Assembly: GCF_001194135.2 (NCBI RefSeq)
Contig: NC_068984.1
Coordinates: 106,083,059 to 106,147,058 of the forward strand
Origin: Octopus bimaculoides
Lineage: Eukaryota
DNA: 64,000 bases
Reading direction: 5' to 3'
The notes beneath the pieces were generated by a model, which was not told the origin of the DNA, ran no database searches, and saw only the letters and a program-made list of their open reading frames with translations. This document shows positions 1 to 12,660 of this stretch, piece by piece; position 1 is the first letter of the stretch, and each line of letters begins with the position of its first letter. The translations under genes and the position numbers were made by a program.

Positions 1-39
1 TGGCAGAGTTTCTACAGCTGGATGCCCTTCCTAATGCCA

Positions 40-80
<41 letters not shown>

Positions 81-2907
81 AACATGCACATGCATACTTG
101 AATGTACATGCATATACATATACATAACAAAAATGCGTAAAGATAACCCAGAATGGCCACTGTATCTGAATAACAGTGATGAATAAAGCTACATTGGGTA
201 TATTAAATGACATACAATATAATTTGTTAATTCATTATTTCCATTTCCAGAGAAGGTAGAACAATAGCATGATAGCAATTGGAACCAGCTCCAAATAAAG
301 GTCAATAATCTCTTTTGTATATATCTCTAGGTATCTTGTACAGCTGGACACAAGTTAGGACAACTGCTGTGCTGATGATACCAATTGAGATAGGAAAAGG
401 TGTCTGCATATGTCCTCTTGTTCCTTGACAATCAGTTTGTTCTTGATAGAATGTCAATTTTGGAGTTTTTATATCTGAGATTATCTCACCTTCTTGCTTG
501 GTGCTGGTTACAATTGATATTCAGTGAATTTCCTATCTTTTCTAGAAATGGGTACAATTTCAATAAATCAAGAACTTATTTTGTATGTTATTTACTATAC
601 CTTTACTTGTCTTTCTTGTACATATTTATGTATGTACATACATTCAATGAATGCGACATCAAAATCATGCGTAAATGGCTCCTTTCTCCGGAAAAGGAAA
701 GATTTGGCTGTTATTTCTTGCACACCCTGCTACCATGTAACAAGTATTTTGGGGTCATTTATCACAAATAGCTGTTACGTGATAGTAGGGCATGCAAGAA
801 ATAGCAGCCAAATCTTTGGAGCTGAGATATGTTCAATGTACTCCAAAAAAGTTTTGTAATGATATTCCCTTGAGGTGAACTTTCACTTTGACTCTTAGAA
901 CTGGATCAGCTGGTTTTCGTTAATTTCTGTAAAGAATTTTTATCTATTTACTTTTGTTTTAAAGTGAAAGATGAATGAACGTGTATTTGAAATAGATGTG
1001 TGTGTGTGAAAGAGTGAGAGAGAGAGAGTGCCACTTACACATACATGAGAATACGCATGTTCACACACACACTCTCTCTCTCCCCCACTCACACAAATGC
1101 ACACATACATACAAAAGAGATATACACATATGTGTCGATGTATGTACGTATTCATGACAACACACCCTTTCACTCACTCTTTTTCTCTCTTTCTCTAACA
1201 CACACATGTCCACTTCATACACATGTACATACATCTTTCAGTTTCTCCTCTTTCACTTTAAAAAGAAAGTAAATAATTAAAAATTGTTTATGGAAATTAA
1301 CGACTTGAATTTAATAAAAAAAAAACATTAAAATATTGTCAGTTTAAAGAAAGCTAAAATATAAATACTTACTGTACAAACAACTTACATTTTTGAAATC
1401 ACATTCAGTTAAAAATATTTCTAAATGATTAAAATATTGTGTACGTCAAAAAGTCGATGTTTTTTTCCCTCAGAGAGCGTGAAGACTATGCGTGTGTGTA
1501 TGTCACAGATAGCAGACATGTGTTTGTGTTGATTGACATACCATGACATCCATTATATGTGTGTTTATCTGTATATGTGTGTTGACATCAAGGAAGCCAT
1601 GTTTTTTCATCAAGAAATAACAAACAAAAATTGTGTTTACTCGTTTTCATTAATAAATAGAAGTCCAAATGTCACACAAATTTGTACTGTACTGCCAAAG
1701 GTAAATATGAAATTAAATATGCAAATAAAATTAAGATAAAATATACTATTTCTGAGATATTTTGGGTACAGACAAACATCCCTAGAGTTTGAGTACTATT
1801 AAAATGTATGACACACACACACATATATATGTATACATGCAGCTATGCCAAGCCCATACCTAGTTTAAACATATAAATCCACTGCAGTTCAGATAAACTG
1901 CCTTTAAAAGATGTTGAGACTATCTTTAGATCAAGAATTACAGCTCAAAGCCATCCTGAAGATAGTTCAAGTTGTTCTTTATGAAAATGCACAAAAAATG
2001 TAAACAGGTGTCTGTGTGGTAAGAAGCTTGTTTCCCAACCACATGGTTCCAGGTTCAGTCCCACTGTCAGGCACCTTAAGGAAGTGTCCTTTATCATAAC
2101 CTCAGGCTAACCAATGCATTGTTAGTGGATTTGGTGGACAGAAACTGAAAGAAGCCCATCATATATATGTATATATCTTTTATCTTTTACTTGTTTCAGT
2201 CATTAGACTGCAGCCATGCTGGGGCAATGCACTGAAGAATTTTAGTCAAATGAATTAACCCTAGTACTAGTTATTTTCTGTAAAGCCTGGTACTTAATCT
2301 ATTGAACTCATTTGCTGAACCACTAAATTACAGGGATGTAAACAGATCAACACCAGTTGTCAAGTGATGGTCCACATATATGACAGATTTTCTTTCAGTT
2401 TCTGTCTACCAAATCCACTCACAAGACTTTGGCCAGCGTGAGGCTATAGTAGAAGACACTTGCCCAAGGTATCACACAGTGGAGCTGAACCTAGAACCAT
2501 GTGGTTAGGAAGCAAACTTCTTACCACACAGCCACGCCTGCACCTATAAAGTAATATCTAGATTGTGTGTGTTTATGTTTGTTCCTCCCCCACTGCTTGA
2601 CAACTGGTGTTGGTGTGTGTATGCCTCTGTAACTTAGCAGTTTTCCTAAAAGAGATAAATAGAATAAGTGCCAGACTTGAAAAGAAAGTTGAGGTCGATT
2701 CATTCAGTTAAAACTTATTCGTGGATGTAGTCCAAAAACTAAAACATCTAAAAGATAACAATGAACTACAGAAACTACAAATAAATTCTACTTTTACTTT
2801 CTTACATTTTTGAGGAAAGTGTTCTTGTTTTTGTTTTTCAAAATACTATACAAGTACTTTTATATAATTACTTCAAATTAATTAATTTTCTAATTGAGAA
2901 ATATCTG

Positions 2908-4127
2908 CAGGGGTTGGACAAAATAATGGAAATGCATTAAAATTTCAAACAAATTTATTTTAATATGGGGTAGGACTTCTTTTGCTGTAATTACAGCTTG
3001 AATTCTATGAGGTATGGACACGTACAAAGTTTGAATTGTTTCCAAAGGAATTTTTGTCTATTCTTTAGCTAAAACAGTCTCCAGTTCCTGTAGTGATGAT
3101 AGTGGAGGATATCGACTCCTTACTTGTCTTTCTAAAATGCACCATAAATGTTCAATAATATTGAGATTTGGGGACTGTGGTGGCCAGATAAGATGTTCAA
3201 CTTCACTAGAATGTTCNNNNNNNNNNGGGACTGTGGTGGCCAGATAAGATGTTCAACTTCACTAGAATGTTCGTCGTGCCATTCAGTAACAAATTTAGCT
3301 GTGTGAATTGGTGCATTATCATCCTGAAAGATTACATTTCCCTCTGGAAACAGTTCTGCAAACCTAGGATGAATTTGATCATCACAAATCTTCCTCTGTG
3401 TTTAACAGTTGGAAGAAGGCAGTCTGGGTCAAATGCTTCTTTTGGCTGTCTCCACACATATACTCAGCCAGTAGTCGGAAATAAGGTAAAGGATGACTTG
3501 TCCGAGAAAATAACATTCTTCCACTGCTCTAGGGACCAATTCTGTAGGTTTTTACTTCACTCTAAATGCTTTGCAACATTTGTTTTTGAAAGTAGTGGTT
3601 TTCTGATTGCAGCCCTCTCTTGAAATCCGGCTTTGTGCAGTTCCCGGCGGACAGTTTTTTGTGGAAACTGTGTTCTAGAGGTGGTCATTAAGCTCTGCAG
3701 TAATTTTGGGAGTTGTACTTTTGTGATCCTTTCTAACAATTTGCGTAAGAGTCCGACGTTCCTTATCTGAAAGTTTTGGTTTTCTTCGGAGTTTTGTTTT
3801 GACGAGGCGGTTTTTCCCTTTTCCTCAAAGGCTGTCATTACTTTTGAGACAGTACTTCTTGATCCACAAAACATTTCAATTGTTTTCATTATACTCTCGC
3901 CTGCTAAATGAACACCAACAATTTGACCTCTTTGAAAGTCCTATAGATCTGTCATTTTAATGAATTTTAATTACCTTTTTCTGATGATATCTGAAGCAAA
4001 ACATATTAAGCAACACTAATATTAAATCAAAAAACATAAAAATAAACAAGCTTTTGATGGTTTTATAGATATTTCAAAATTATGATGCTATGATGCTAGG
4101 TGTTTCCATTATTTTGTCCAACCCCTG
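2908..4127 (-). mobile_element. Tc1-family DNA transposon, decayed and internally deleted
   Basis: Perfect 25-bp TIRs CAGGGGTTGGACAAAATAATGGAAA (2908-2932 and 4103-4127). TA on the right, TG on the left. Minus-strand HTH ORF 3557-3889, then VIFSDKSSF, FQDDNAPIH and WPPQSPNLNIIEHLW motifs. Confidence 0.93.
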
Positions 4128-6724
4128 TATACACCATTCTTCTTTCTTTGTCTCTTTCTTTCTTTCTTTTTATTTTTGTTGGAAGCTAGCTAGATTTCAG
4201 AAAATGTCATACACAACCTATGACATTGCCCTTGGAAAGATGCGACCCTAAACTTAACTGCTGCTGCTGCTGCTACTACTCCTACTACTACTACTCCTAC
4301 TACTACTACTACTACTACCCTACTACTCCTACTCCTACTACTACTACTACATAACCATACCTGTGTGTGTGTGAGTGTGTGTGTAGATAGATCTATAGAG
4401 ATACATACACACACATATCTATATATACACATAGTTACAGCTGTGTATGTATGTGTATATAAGAGGAGGCATATATGTTCAAAGATATACACTGCTGCCA
4501 CCACTACTACTACAACTACTACTACTACCACCACCACCACCACCAATACTACTACTATTCCATTGTAGTCATCATCAAGCACAAAAACATATATACTTTC
4601 TCTTATATACACACACAGCTGTAACTATGAGTATATAAAGATATGTATGCGAATGTGTGTATATGTATCCGTATATATCTACCTATACACACACACACAC
4701 ACACACAGGTATGGCTATGTGGTTAAGAATTTTGTTTCCCAACCACATGGTTTTGAGTTCAGTCACATTGTGGAAGAAGTAGACAACATTTGTTCTGAAT
4801 GTGCCACTCAGAGAAAAAAAAAAAAAAAACAACACACACACATACATACATTACATACATACATACATACAAAGAATAAATGACACAAGAGTATGAATTA
4901 CTATCTGTCTGTCTGTCTATCTATCAATAAATACACACATACACACACAAGCATACATTTGTATGGCATGCCAATTATTTTTAGGAACACTGACGTTTTC
5001 TTCAGCTGAACTTCTAGTAGCAAGAACTAGTTGTTCTTGTAACACAAATTGGAAGATATTTAACTGTGCATATTAAATAACATCTGACTGATTGCAATGA
5101 TAGAAAGTGGAAGCTAACATCCTGAATGCCCACAGTTTTCCCTATATACAGCTTTGTCTTGTCTGACTGAACACAACTTAAAGCTTTCCTAAATCTGAAA
5201 AAAGATAAGCACATGCATACATGTATATGTGTATGCATGCACACACACACACAAACACACACACACATGTATACACAGGTACAAACATAAGAATATTTTC
5301 TAGACTGATCAATAGTTGGTGGAATGAGAAGAATAAAATATTAGAGCAGCTCTGAATTTGTTACCATTGGGATGCAGTGAAATCATTATCATTGTGTATT
5401 TTGCATCTTATGGGAAAAGTTAATCTCATAACAAGAAAAAGAAAAAAAAAAGGTTAGTTGAAATCATGCAAAAGCAGATGACTGAATCTTTTTTTAATAT
5501 AAATTCTGTTTCATTTTTGTATGTTTCGCAAAATTTGAAATTGTGTGTAGAAAACGATGCTGTAGTCTGGGAAGGTCATACTGCCAGTATTAACACATGC
5601 ACTGGTTATGTTTCACTTCAGTCGGTATTACCAGTCAATTAGATAATTCATCATTGATCAAGGGTTTAATCAAATACGCTGTGAAGTCCTTTTATCACAC
5701 TCTGTGACTTAATCAGTAACTACATGTTTCCAAGTACTACTCTCTCCCCAGCACTTGTTTCTTGTTTACTGAAGTGCTGAGAAGGAGATAGACACAGTCA
5801 TTGATAATGTCACTGACTGTGTCAAAAAAACTTTGACAGGTTAATCTGTTAATCAATTGGTTAATTATCTAGTTGATAGATAGTAAAACTAAAGTGAAAC
5901 ATAATCAGTGCATATGTTTTATTGGCACTATGGCCCTCTCAAACTACAATTTGATTCTACACAACTGCATATAAAACACTAAAACATACATCATAAAGAG
6001 TCAATGAGGAACCTCTTTAATTGGCCACTTGATCTGCAAAAAATAACAGTCAAATATTCCTCAAATAACACTATACACTTTTTTGAAAAGAGAGAGAAAA
6101 TTGTTTTCTAATATGAACTTAGATAAACTTTGTCTACAAAAAGATTGGATAAGGATAGTCGTATGTAGACTGTTTTTGATTAGGTCTGTTTGATCAGTGG
6201 TGATCTCAGTTTAGTCAATATCAATAACTTATATAGTAAATGATCTCTTCAAAGACAATATGACAATGAAACTGATAGGTAAGCTTCATGTATGAACAAA
6301 TTTAGAAGGTATTATTTGTTAATATATTACCATCACGAGGTAATTTCACTTTATAAGCTCAAAGGTGATCCCACAACAGAGCTTGGGCAAATGTCTTCAA
6401 CTATAGCAGCCCCAGGTTGAGTAACTGGATTTGATAGATGAAAATTCAAAGAAGCCCTTGGTGAGTGTGTGTGTGTTGTCCTTGTCTTGGCATTATGTAA
6501 TGGTTGTGAATGAGCATCATTGTCATACAAGCAATGTTGTTCGTTTCCTGTCTTCCATGGAAACTATGTCTGGCAAAAGGGAAATATTACCTTGCTTCAA
6601 CATAAGTGAGGGTCGATGACAGGAAGGACATCCAGCTGTAGAGAATCTGCCACTAACATTCCATTTGACCCATGCTAGCATGGAAAAATGGATCTTAAAA
6701 ATGATGATGAAAGGCAATAGATAT

Positions 6725-9700
6725 TAACACCAGTGAGAAAACTGATAAACTTGGTGCTTTTAAACAAAAATACATTGTCACCATAAACAGCAGCAATACC
6801 AGTGATATCTTACAAAGCTTTATCAACAGCTTGAAGAGCGATTGAAGGGGTCATTGAAGCCTCATCCAAGATGATCAAATCCAGGTTTCATAAATGATTT
6901 ACATGGGCTGAAGTGGCTGGTACATTACAAATGCTGGCCTCCGTGAGTGGGACAGGCAACTTGAACAAACTAGGGACAGTCTTTCCACCTGACAGTAGTG
7001 TAGAGGCAATGCCTGTCCAAGCACTACTGCACATGTTGCAGTTGTTCCTTCGCAGATAAAAAATTATGGTATTAAACGTATAAGATTTACCACAATCACC
7101 TGGTGCATCTACATAGAAACAGGAGTGGTTGGGCACCTCACCTGTCCTCTTCTTATCCACAGATTCAAGTACAGCATTAGCAATCAATCTCTGTTTATCA
7201 GTAAGTGTTGCAATGCCTGGGTAATTGAGGTCTTGATGATGGTCAAACAGCAGTACTCCAATAGGTTCAGGCAGCCCAATTGCTAAACAATTAATGCCAT
7301 TCTCTATCAGAATTGCATCAATTGAGTGCAGTGCCATGTTTTCTGCATGTTCTGCATTAAAACCTTGGTACAAGAAATCTTCAATCATGGATTCCTTGTG
7401 AGTGGTCCATATTTGCAGGGTTCATATATGTGCACAGGGCAGTAAACATAACACGCAACTGTAAGGGCATCCAACAGGCAGCAACTTCTAGCAATGCATG
7501 TTCCAGTGTGTCATCATTTGAGAAAAGACCATATCTTAGGCATGCCACCTTAAATGTTGGCAAGATTTCTCCTACAGTGCGCAAATCCTGGAAGCTCACA
7601 GCGCCTGAAACATGCAGCTGCAACATTTGCAAGTGAAATTTTCCTGTGTCTCTGGGGCTCACTGTATTCATTCTACTGATGATATTAGTATTCCTTTGCC
7701 TTGATGTCCATATTCTAGTGTGCTCATTAAACATAATACAGCGGAAGGTCAGGATACAAATGGTTCCTTGCATCATCATCATGCTAATTCAGTTTGAACC
7801 ATGCAATTAGGGTAGTGTCATGATCCCTCTGTGCCTGAGCAGCTTGCTGAGAATTGCTTCTGTGAAAGTAAAGTCTTTGCTGGTCTTCAAGATGTACTGT
7901 AAGTCTGTAGTCAATGTGAGATGTGTCATGTAGCTTGAACTCTAACAGTCTCTACATAGCTTACGAAGGAGAAACATATCAGCAAGCAAGATAATTAGTA
8001 ATTTCGTCATGAGCTTGATTCTGCTCATGATCTGCTGCTGGGTTGTCTCTTCAACAGAAGTATTGTCATGTCCCTTGTTCATGTACTTAAAGATATATTT
8101 AATGCTTTTCACAGATGAACAAATTTCTACATTAATGTGAGCTCTGTACTTTTTCAGTAGGTAGACATTGTACGGAACAATGATCCTATTTTCAATTGAG
8201 TGATGTCCAGCTTGAACTGTGACCCCAGTATTGCGTCTTTTGTACTCTAGATAGCCAATCAAATTCAGAAGCGTTTCATCTCTGTAATTCTTTGGGAATT
8301 TCCTTTGACATGAGCCATTTTCCATGCAAGGGAAAGAAAGATTATCTGTTCCACAAGGACCATGTATCATGCATTTTTTTTACTAAATTATGCAAGACTG
8401 GATCACCATTGACATCAGGAATTTCAGGTGTCACGATCCTATCTATGTCATCGCTGTTTCTGAGTTTGGACACATTTCTTAACACTACAAACATGTGGCA
8501 GTGGGGAAAACCTCTCTTCTGAAACTCAATGACATGGACATAGCCACTGGCACCCCAAAAATGTGTCTATCCTTTATGTCCTTCATAAGTTCTACACTCG
8601 GATAACTAAATCTGGCCTATTTTCAGGTGTTCATTTCAAGTGTTTCTCAGGGCACTTCAGGTTGCAAGTGTAAGTGATGAACAAGTCTGACGTAGCATAT
8701 TTTGAAACAATTGACATGGCACCTGAAAATATTGGTGCATATTCATTGGACTGCCTGTGAATGAGGAAGGCAGTATCACTGGTACTTCTGGTTCAATATT
8801 TTCATCTGCTCCTGTGTTCAAATAATCCATCAATTCGTTGTACCTTTCTACTCACAACTGGGTCTGATTGTTCCTAAGATATTGCAACCTGCAACCTTGA
8901 CATATGCCTCCACAATATAGTATTGAAATAATTTTCCAGTTCTATGAATAACACTAAACCCATCTCTGCATGCAAGATAATAGCTGTAGTATTCTTGCAT
9001 TGTCAAATAATTACACTCATGTGTCTGGCATTCCTCGACATGGTGCATCTCACAATGCCATCCAAATTCCTCATGGGGAAACAATTGGGTGGCTCATAGG
9101 GTCCAAGTGGCATGATGTGTAAGATATTTTTTTCAGGAGGAACATCTCTGGATACACAATAATGTCTCTATTTTCAGGAGGGGCACCATTGCTGCTATTT
9201 CATTGCTGGTGGGGAAATTGTAGAGCCTGAAATCAGACTCTCTCCTGTAGTGTAATTCACATCTCCATACTGGCACATTGTCTCTTCTGGCTCTCTCCAC
9301 TTCTTGTTTTTCAACTGCATGCATGTTCTTGTACAATTCTGCATAAGGATTAATTTGGTGGATCATCATTTAACGTCCGCTTTCCATGCTAGCATGGGTT
9401 GGATGATTTGACTGAGGATTGGTGAACCAGATGGCTACACCAGGCTCCAATCTGATTTGGCAGAATTTCTACAGCTGGATGCCCTTCCTAACGCCAACCA
9501 CTCCGAGAGTGCAGTGGGTGCTTTTACATGCCACCGGCATGAAGGTCAGTCAGGTGGTACTTGCAACGGCCACACTCAAAATGGTGTATTTTACATGCCA
9601 CCTGCACAGGAGCCAGTCCAGCGGGACTGGCAATGATCTAGCTTGAATGTCTTTACACGTGCCACCGGCACAAGTGCCAAGAAGGCGACGCTGGGCACAG

Positions 9701-10430
9701 GTGCCATCATGATTTTGCTTTCGCTTGCCCCAACAGGTCTTCGCAAGTCGAGTTTTGTGTCTAATGAAGGAGACGACGTTGGCATGGGTGCCAGTCGTCG
9801 AATTTAGTTCAATTTCAATTTCACTTGCCTCAACAGGTCTTCGCAAGCGGAGTTTAGTGTTCAATGAATATGATCACTTATTTTTCTCAGAGTAACAGGG
9901 GAACACTCAGAATTTTGAGGTGCACCCATCCTATGCTGCAGAGCTTCATCTGCATCAATGATGTATAACTGACCATATTGCAGTCGATCATTAGCAGGAT
10001 GCAGGCTTGTCATTGTGTGGTAAGTTTGCCCTAAACCTCCTTCTAGGAGGTGCTGCCAGTTTGACTCCAAATGATGTAAAGGAGAAAGGTACAATTGTAA
10101 TTTCTGATATTTTTACGGAATGAAATGGACTATTGATTGTTTCCCTCAAATAAATTTTTGAGTGTCTCTCGATATGGTTGCAATGCATGCACGTTAACTT
10201 TTCCACCGTGGCAACAACTGTTATTTTCATTTCTAAACCTAAGCGCACCACAATATTAACATATAATGTTCATTTCTCCTATGTTAAATTGTTCAAATTC
10301 ATTAACAATAGCTCTGTTCAGCACTGGCCTATATTTTCTCATACACTGTCGCTGCATCTGATGCCTCCTTAAATTTTCAATCTCACCAGCATTCATATTT
10401 TGAACTCTTTCTCAATATCTTTCCCTTTGG
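6725..10430 (-). mobile_element. Helitron Rep-helicase remnant (frameshifted; helicase 3'-truncated)
   Basis: CxxCGA..F..E..CCHGGKV; YGQLYIIDA; SDLFITYTCN; VIEFQKRGFPHCHMF (HUH); MIHGPCG; KYIFKYMNKGHD; Pif1 motifs VDAPGDCGKS, AWTGIASTLL.GGKT and LIILDEASM. Multiple stops and frameshifts. Confidence 0.93.
9367..9869 (-). mobile_element. RTE-clade LINE 3' end inserted in the Helitron
   Basis: Same 3' terminus with (GAT)n tail as the RTE ORF-bearing copies at 52011 and 58150. Removing it rejoins the Helitron frame as S-D-H-M-I-H-Q-I-N. Confidence 0.88.
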
Positions 10431-10826
10431 TTTTGCTGATAAATAACCATGTCATGTTTCATGTTCTCTACTCTTTGCTGAAATAAGTTTCTCTACTGCT
10501 CATGGTACTGTGCACACTGTTCCTCATCCATATTTTCTCTTCTTATTTGTTGTCTCTGCCTATCTTGCTACAGGTGTTCCTTGCATTGTTCACCCTCAAC
10601 TGCTGGCATTGCCTGTCTCTCTCCCTCTCACTTTGACTCTTTCTCTCTCACTACCTCTCTGTCCCTCCTCTGTATCGAAAAGTAACATTGAAAATTTACT
10701 GTGGTCATTTCTCTTTGATTTAACAATGTGTCAATGTATTTATCTATCTACTTGTCTTCCATTTCACACATACACTTTCTATCACCACTCTCTATCTCTC
10801 CTCTGTATCAAAAAGTAAAAGTAACA

Positions 10827-11094
10827 CAGTCTATATTTAAGAGATGAAGAATTATGTACACGGGCATATGGCATAATGATTAAGAGCGCGGGCTACTAAC
10901 CCCAAGATTCTGAGCTCGAGTCCAGGCAGTGACCTGAATAATAATAATAACATTAAAAAAATACCTTAGGAATGAGAACCCAGGTTCGAAATTTCCCCAA
11001 GACACCTGATAAAGGCTGGAGGGTATATCAGCCGAAATGTGTTAGCAACAAACAAGATGAGGACAAATATCCGTCAATTGTAAATAATGTAAAT
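10827..11094 (+). mobile_element. tRNA-derived SINE with hammerhead-like tail
   Basis: 15-bp TSD AAAGTAAAAGTAACA (10812-10826 and 11095-11109). A-box-like TGGCATAATGA at 10869-10879; B-box-like GCTCGAGTCC at 10914-10923; degenerate hammerhead core at 11002-11041. Confidence 0.75.
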
Positions 11095-12109
11095 AAAGTA
11101 AAAGTAACATTGGAAATTTACTGTGGTTATTTCTCATTGATTTAACAATGTGTTGATGTATTTATCTATTTACTTGACTTCTGTTTCACACACACACTTT
11201 CTATCACCACTCTCTCTCTCCTCTCCCTCTGACTCTCTCTCACTACCTCTCTATATATCATATGAAGAGCAAAATGGATGGAAGAACTAAGTAATAAAGG
11301 AAGGAGCAAGCAGAATTATGATTATGATTAATTTCAAATTTTACTGAGGTTGACTTTACCTTTCATCCTTTCAGGGTCAATCAATTAAGTACCAGTTAAA
11401 TACTGGGGTCGATGTAATCGACTCATCCCCTCCCCCAAAATTGCTGCCCTTGTGGCAAAATTTGAAACCATTATATTATTATTATTATTTCTACTACTAC
11501 TACTTATTTATTTCTTTAAATGTTAACTTTTTGCTGTTAGCATGGGTGGATGAAATTCATAGAAAGAAAATTTCTACAATCAGATGCTGTCCACAATACA
11601 AACCATCAGCAGTTTCCTGACCAAGACATGTTTTTCATAAAATATTGGAAGTGAATGCTACTGCTTATATGATAGTGACACTAATTTACAAGTATCATGT
11701 GATATGCAGATACAAACATATACATGTACACATGTATGTATGTTTATAGATATATATTTATATGTCTATGACCAGCTTTTTTCAGTTTCCGTCTATCAAA
11801 TTCACACACAAGGCTTTGGTTGGTTTGTGACTCTAGTAGAAGACCCTTGACCAAAGTGCCACCAAGACATATCGTTGGGAAACAAAACTCTCAGTCACAC
11901 TGGAAAGCCTGCCCAACTGTCTGTATATATATATATATACACAAATATATATCTGCACGCATGCACACACACACACATATATATATGAATAAATATAAAT
12001 ATAAATTTAATTAAGAGTAACAAAAGCAATATTGGTACCAAAAGGTAATATTTATCTCCCACACTACATTCACTTTGGTCATTTTCATAGCATTTTTTTC
12101 GATGGCCCA

Positions 12110-12168
12110 ATAACTGAAGAGATGCTGGCGTGGGTTTCCGCACCGACATCTGAAACTTGGAGTTTTAT
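12110..12168 (+). ncRNA. Hammerhead-like motif with long stem II (degenerate)
   Basis: AUAA-CUGAAGA-GAUG(imperfect 9-bp hairpin)CAUC-U-GAAA-CUUGGAG-UU/-UUAU; 4-bp stem I. Confidence 0.55.
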
Positions 12169-12271
12169 CATCGCTACCGAATAATTGTCACATATTATAT
12201 TTACAGATAAATTCCTCTATTTACATAATATTGAGGTCTCTTTCATTCTTTTGTTGTCTTACCATTTCTAT

Positions 12272-12316
<45 letters not shown>

Positions 12317-12327
12317 CCAACTAAATG

Positions 12328-12660
12328 CGGTGGTCCTATAGAGGATGGTGCTATTGTTATTTTTAGCCCCAGGAAGACATCTCCTCCAGCTGGCCAACAA
12401 CACACAATTTGTGCTCGATTAGTATTTGCGAGGGAGGTCATCGCTCCCATCTCTAGAGTTACGTGATACACACAGACCCGAGTTTCTGGGTGGTTACCCC
12501 TCTTCAGTGTGTGTTAATCACTGGCTAGTGATGAATAACTCATTCCACTCACAAAATATTATGTCCTTTTTCTAGTGACACACTGTCACTGATCTTGTAA
12601 AGAGATAGATAAGTTATATTTCTGAGTGAGAGATAAAAAATAACAGTACGAAATAGTAAA
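12328..12660 (-). mobile_element. Short non-coding element carrying the intact hammerhead (PLE pLTR-like or non-autonomous element)
   Basis: Bounded by a 20-bp direct repeat ATATATTTGCCAACTAAATG (12308-12327 and 12661-12680). No ORF. Confidence 0.55.
12468..12514 (-). ncRNA. Minimal type-I hammerhead ribozyme motif (best copy)
   Basis: ACACACA-CUGAAGA-G-GGGU(AACC)ACCC-A-GAAA-CUCGG-GUC/-UGUGUGU: 7-bp stem I, intact core, GUC cleavage triplet, self-complementary CUCGGG stem III. Confidence 0.75.

Noticed and set aside
240-540. Possible L1/Tx1 ORF2 remnant on the minus strand
   Set aside because: Only scattered residues (LS...WY...FIW) across stops; too weak to call.
3171-3272. 46-bp direct repeat inside the Tc1 element
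   Set aside because: The copies flank a 10-N gap exactly; typical contig-overlap artefact.
5014-5186. Candidate next FOCAD exon behind a good acceptor
   Set aside because: Phase 0 hits an immediate stop, and the open phase has no FOCAD similarity or donor.
10861-10935. Functional tRNA gene (also the heads at 19831, 43787 and 62211)
   Set aside because: Acceptor and anticodon stems do not pair, and each continues into a SINE body.
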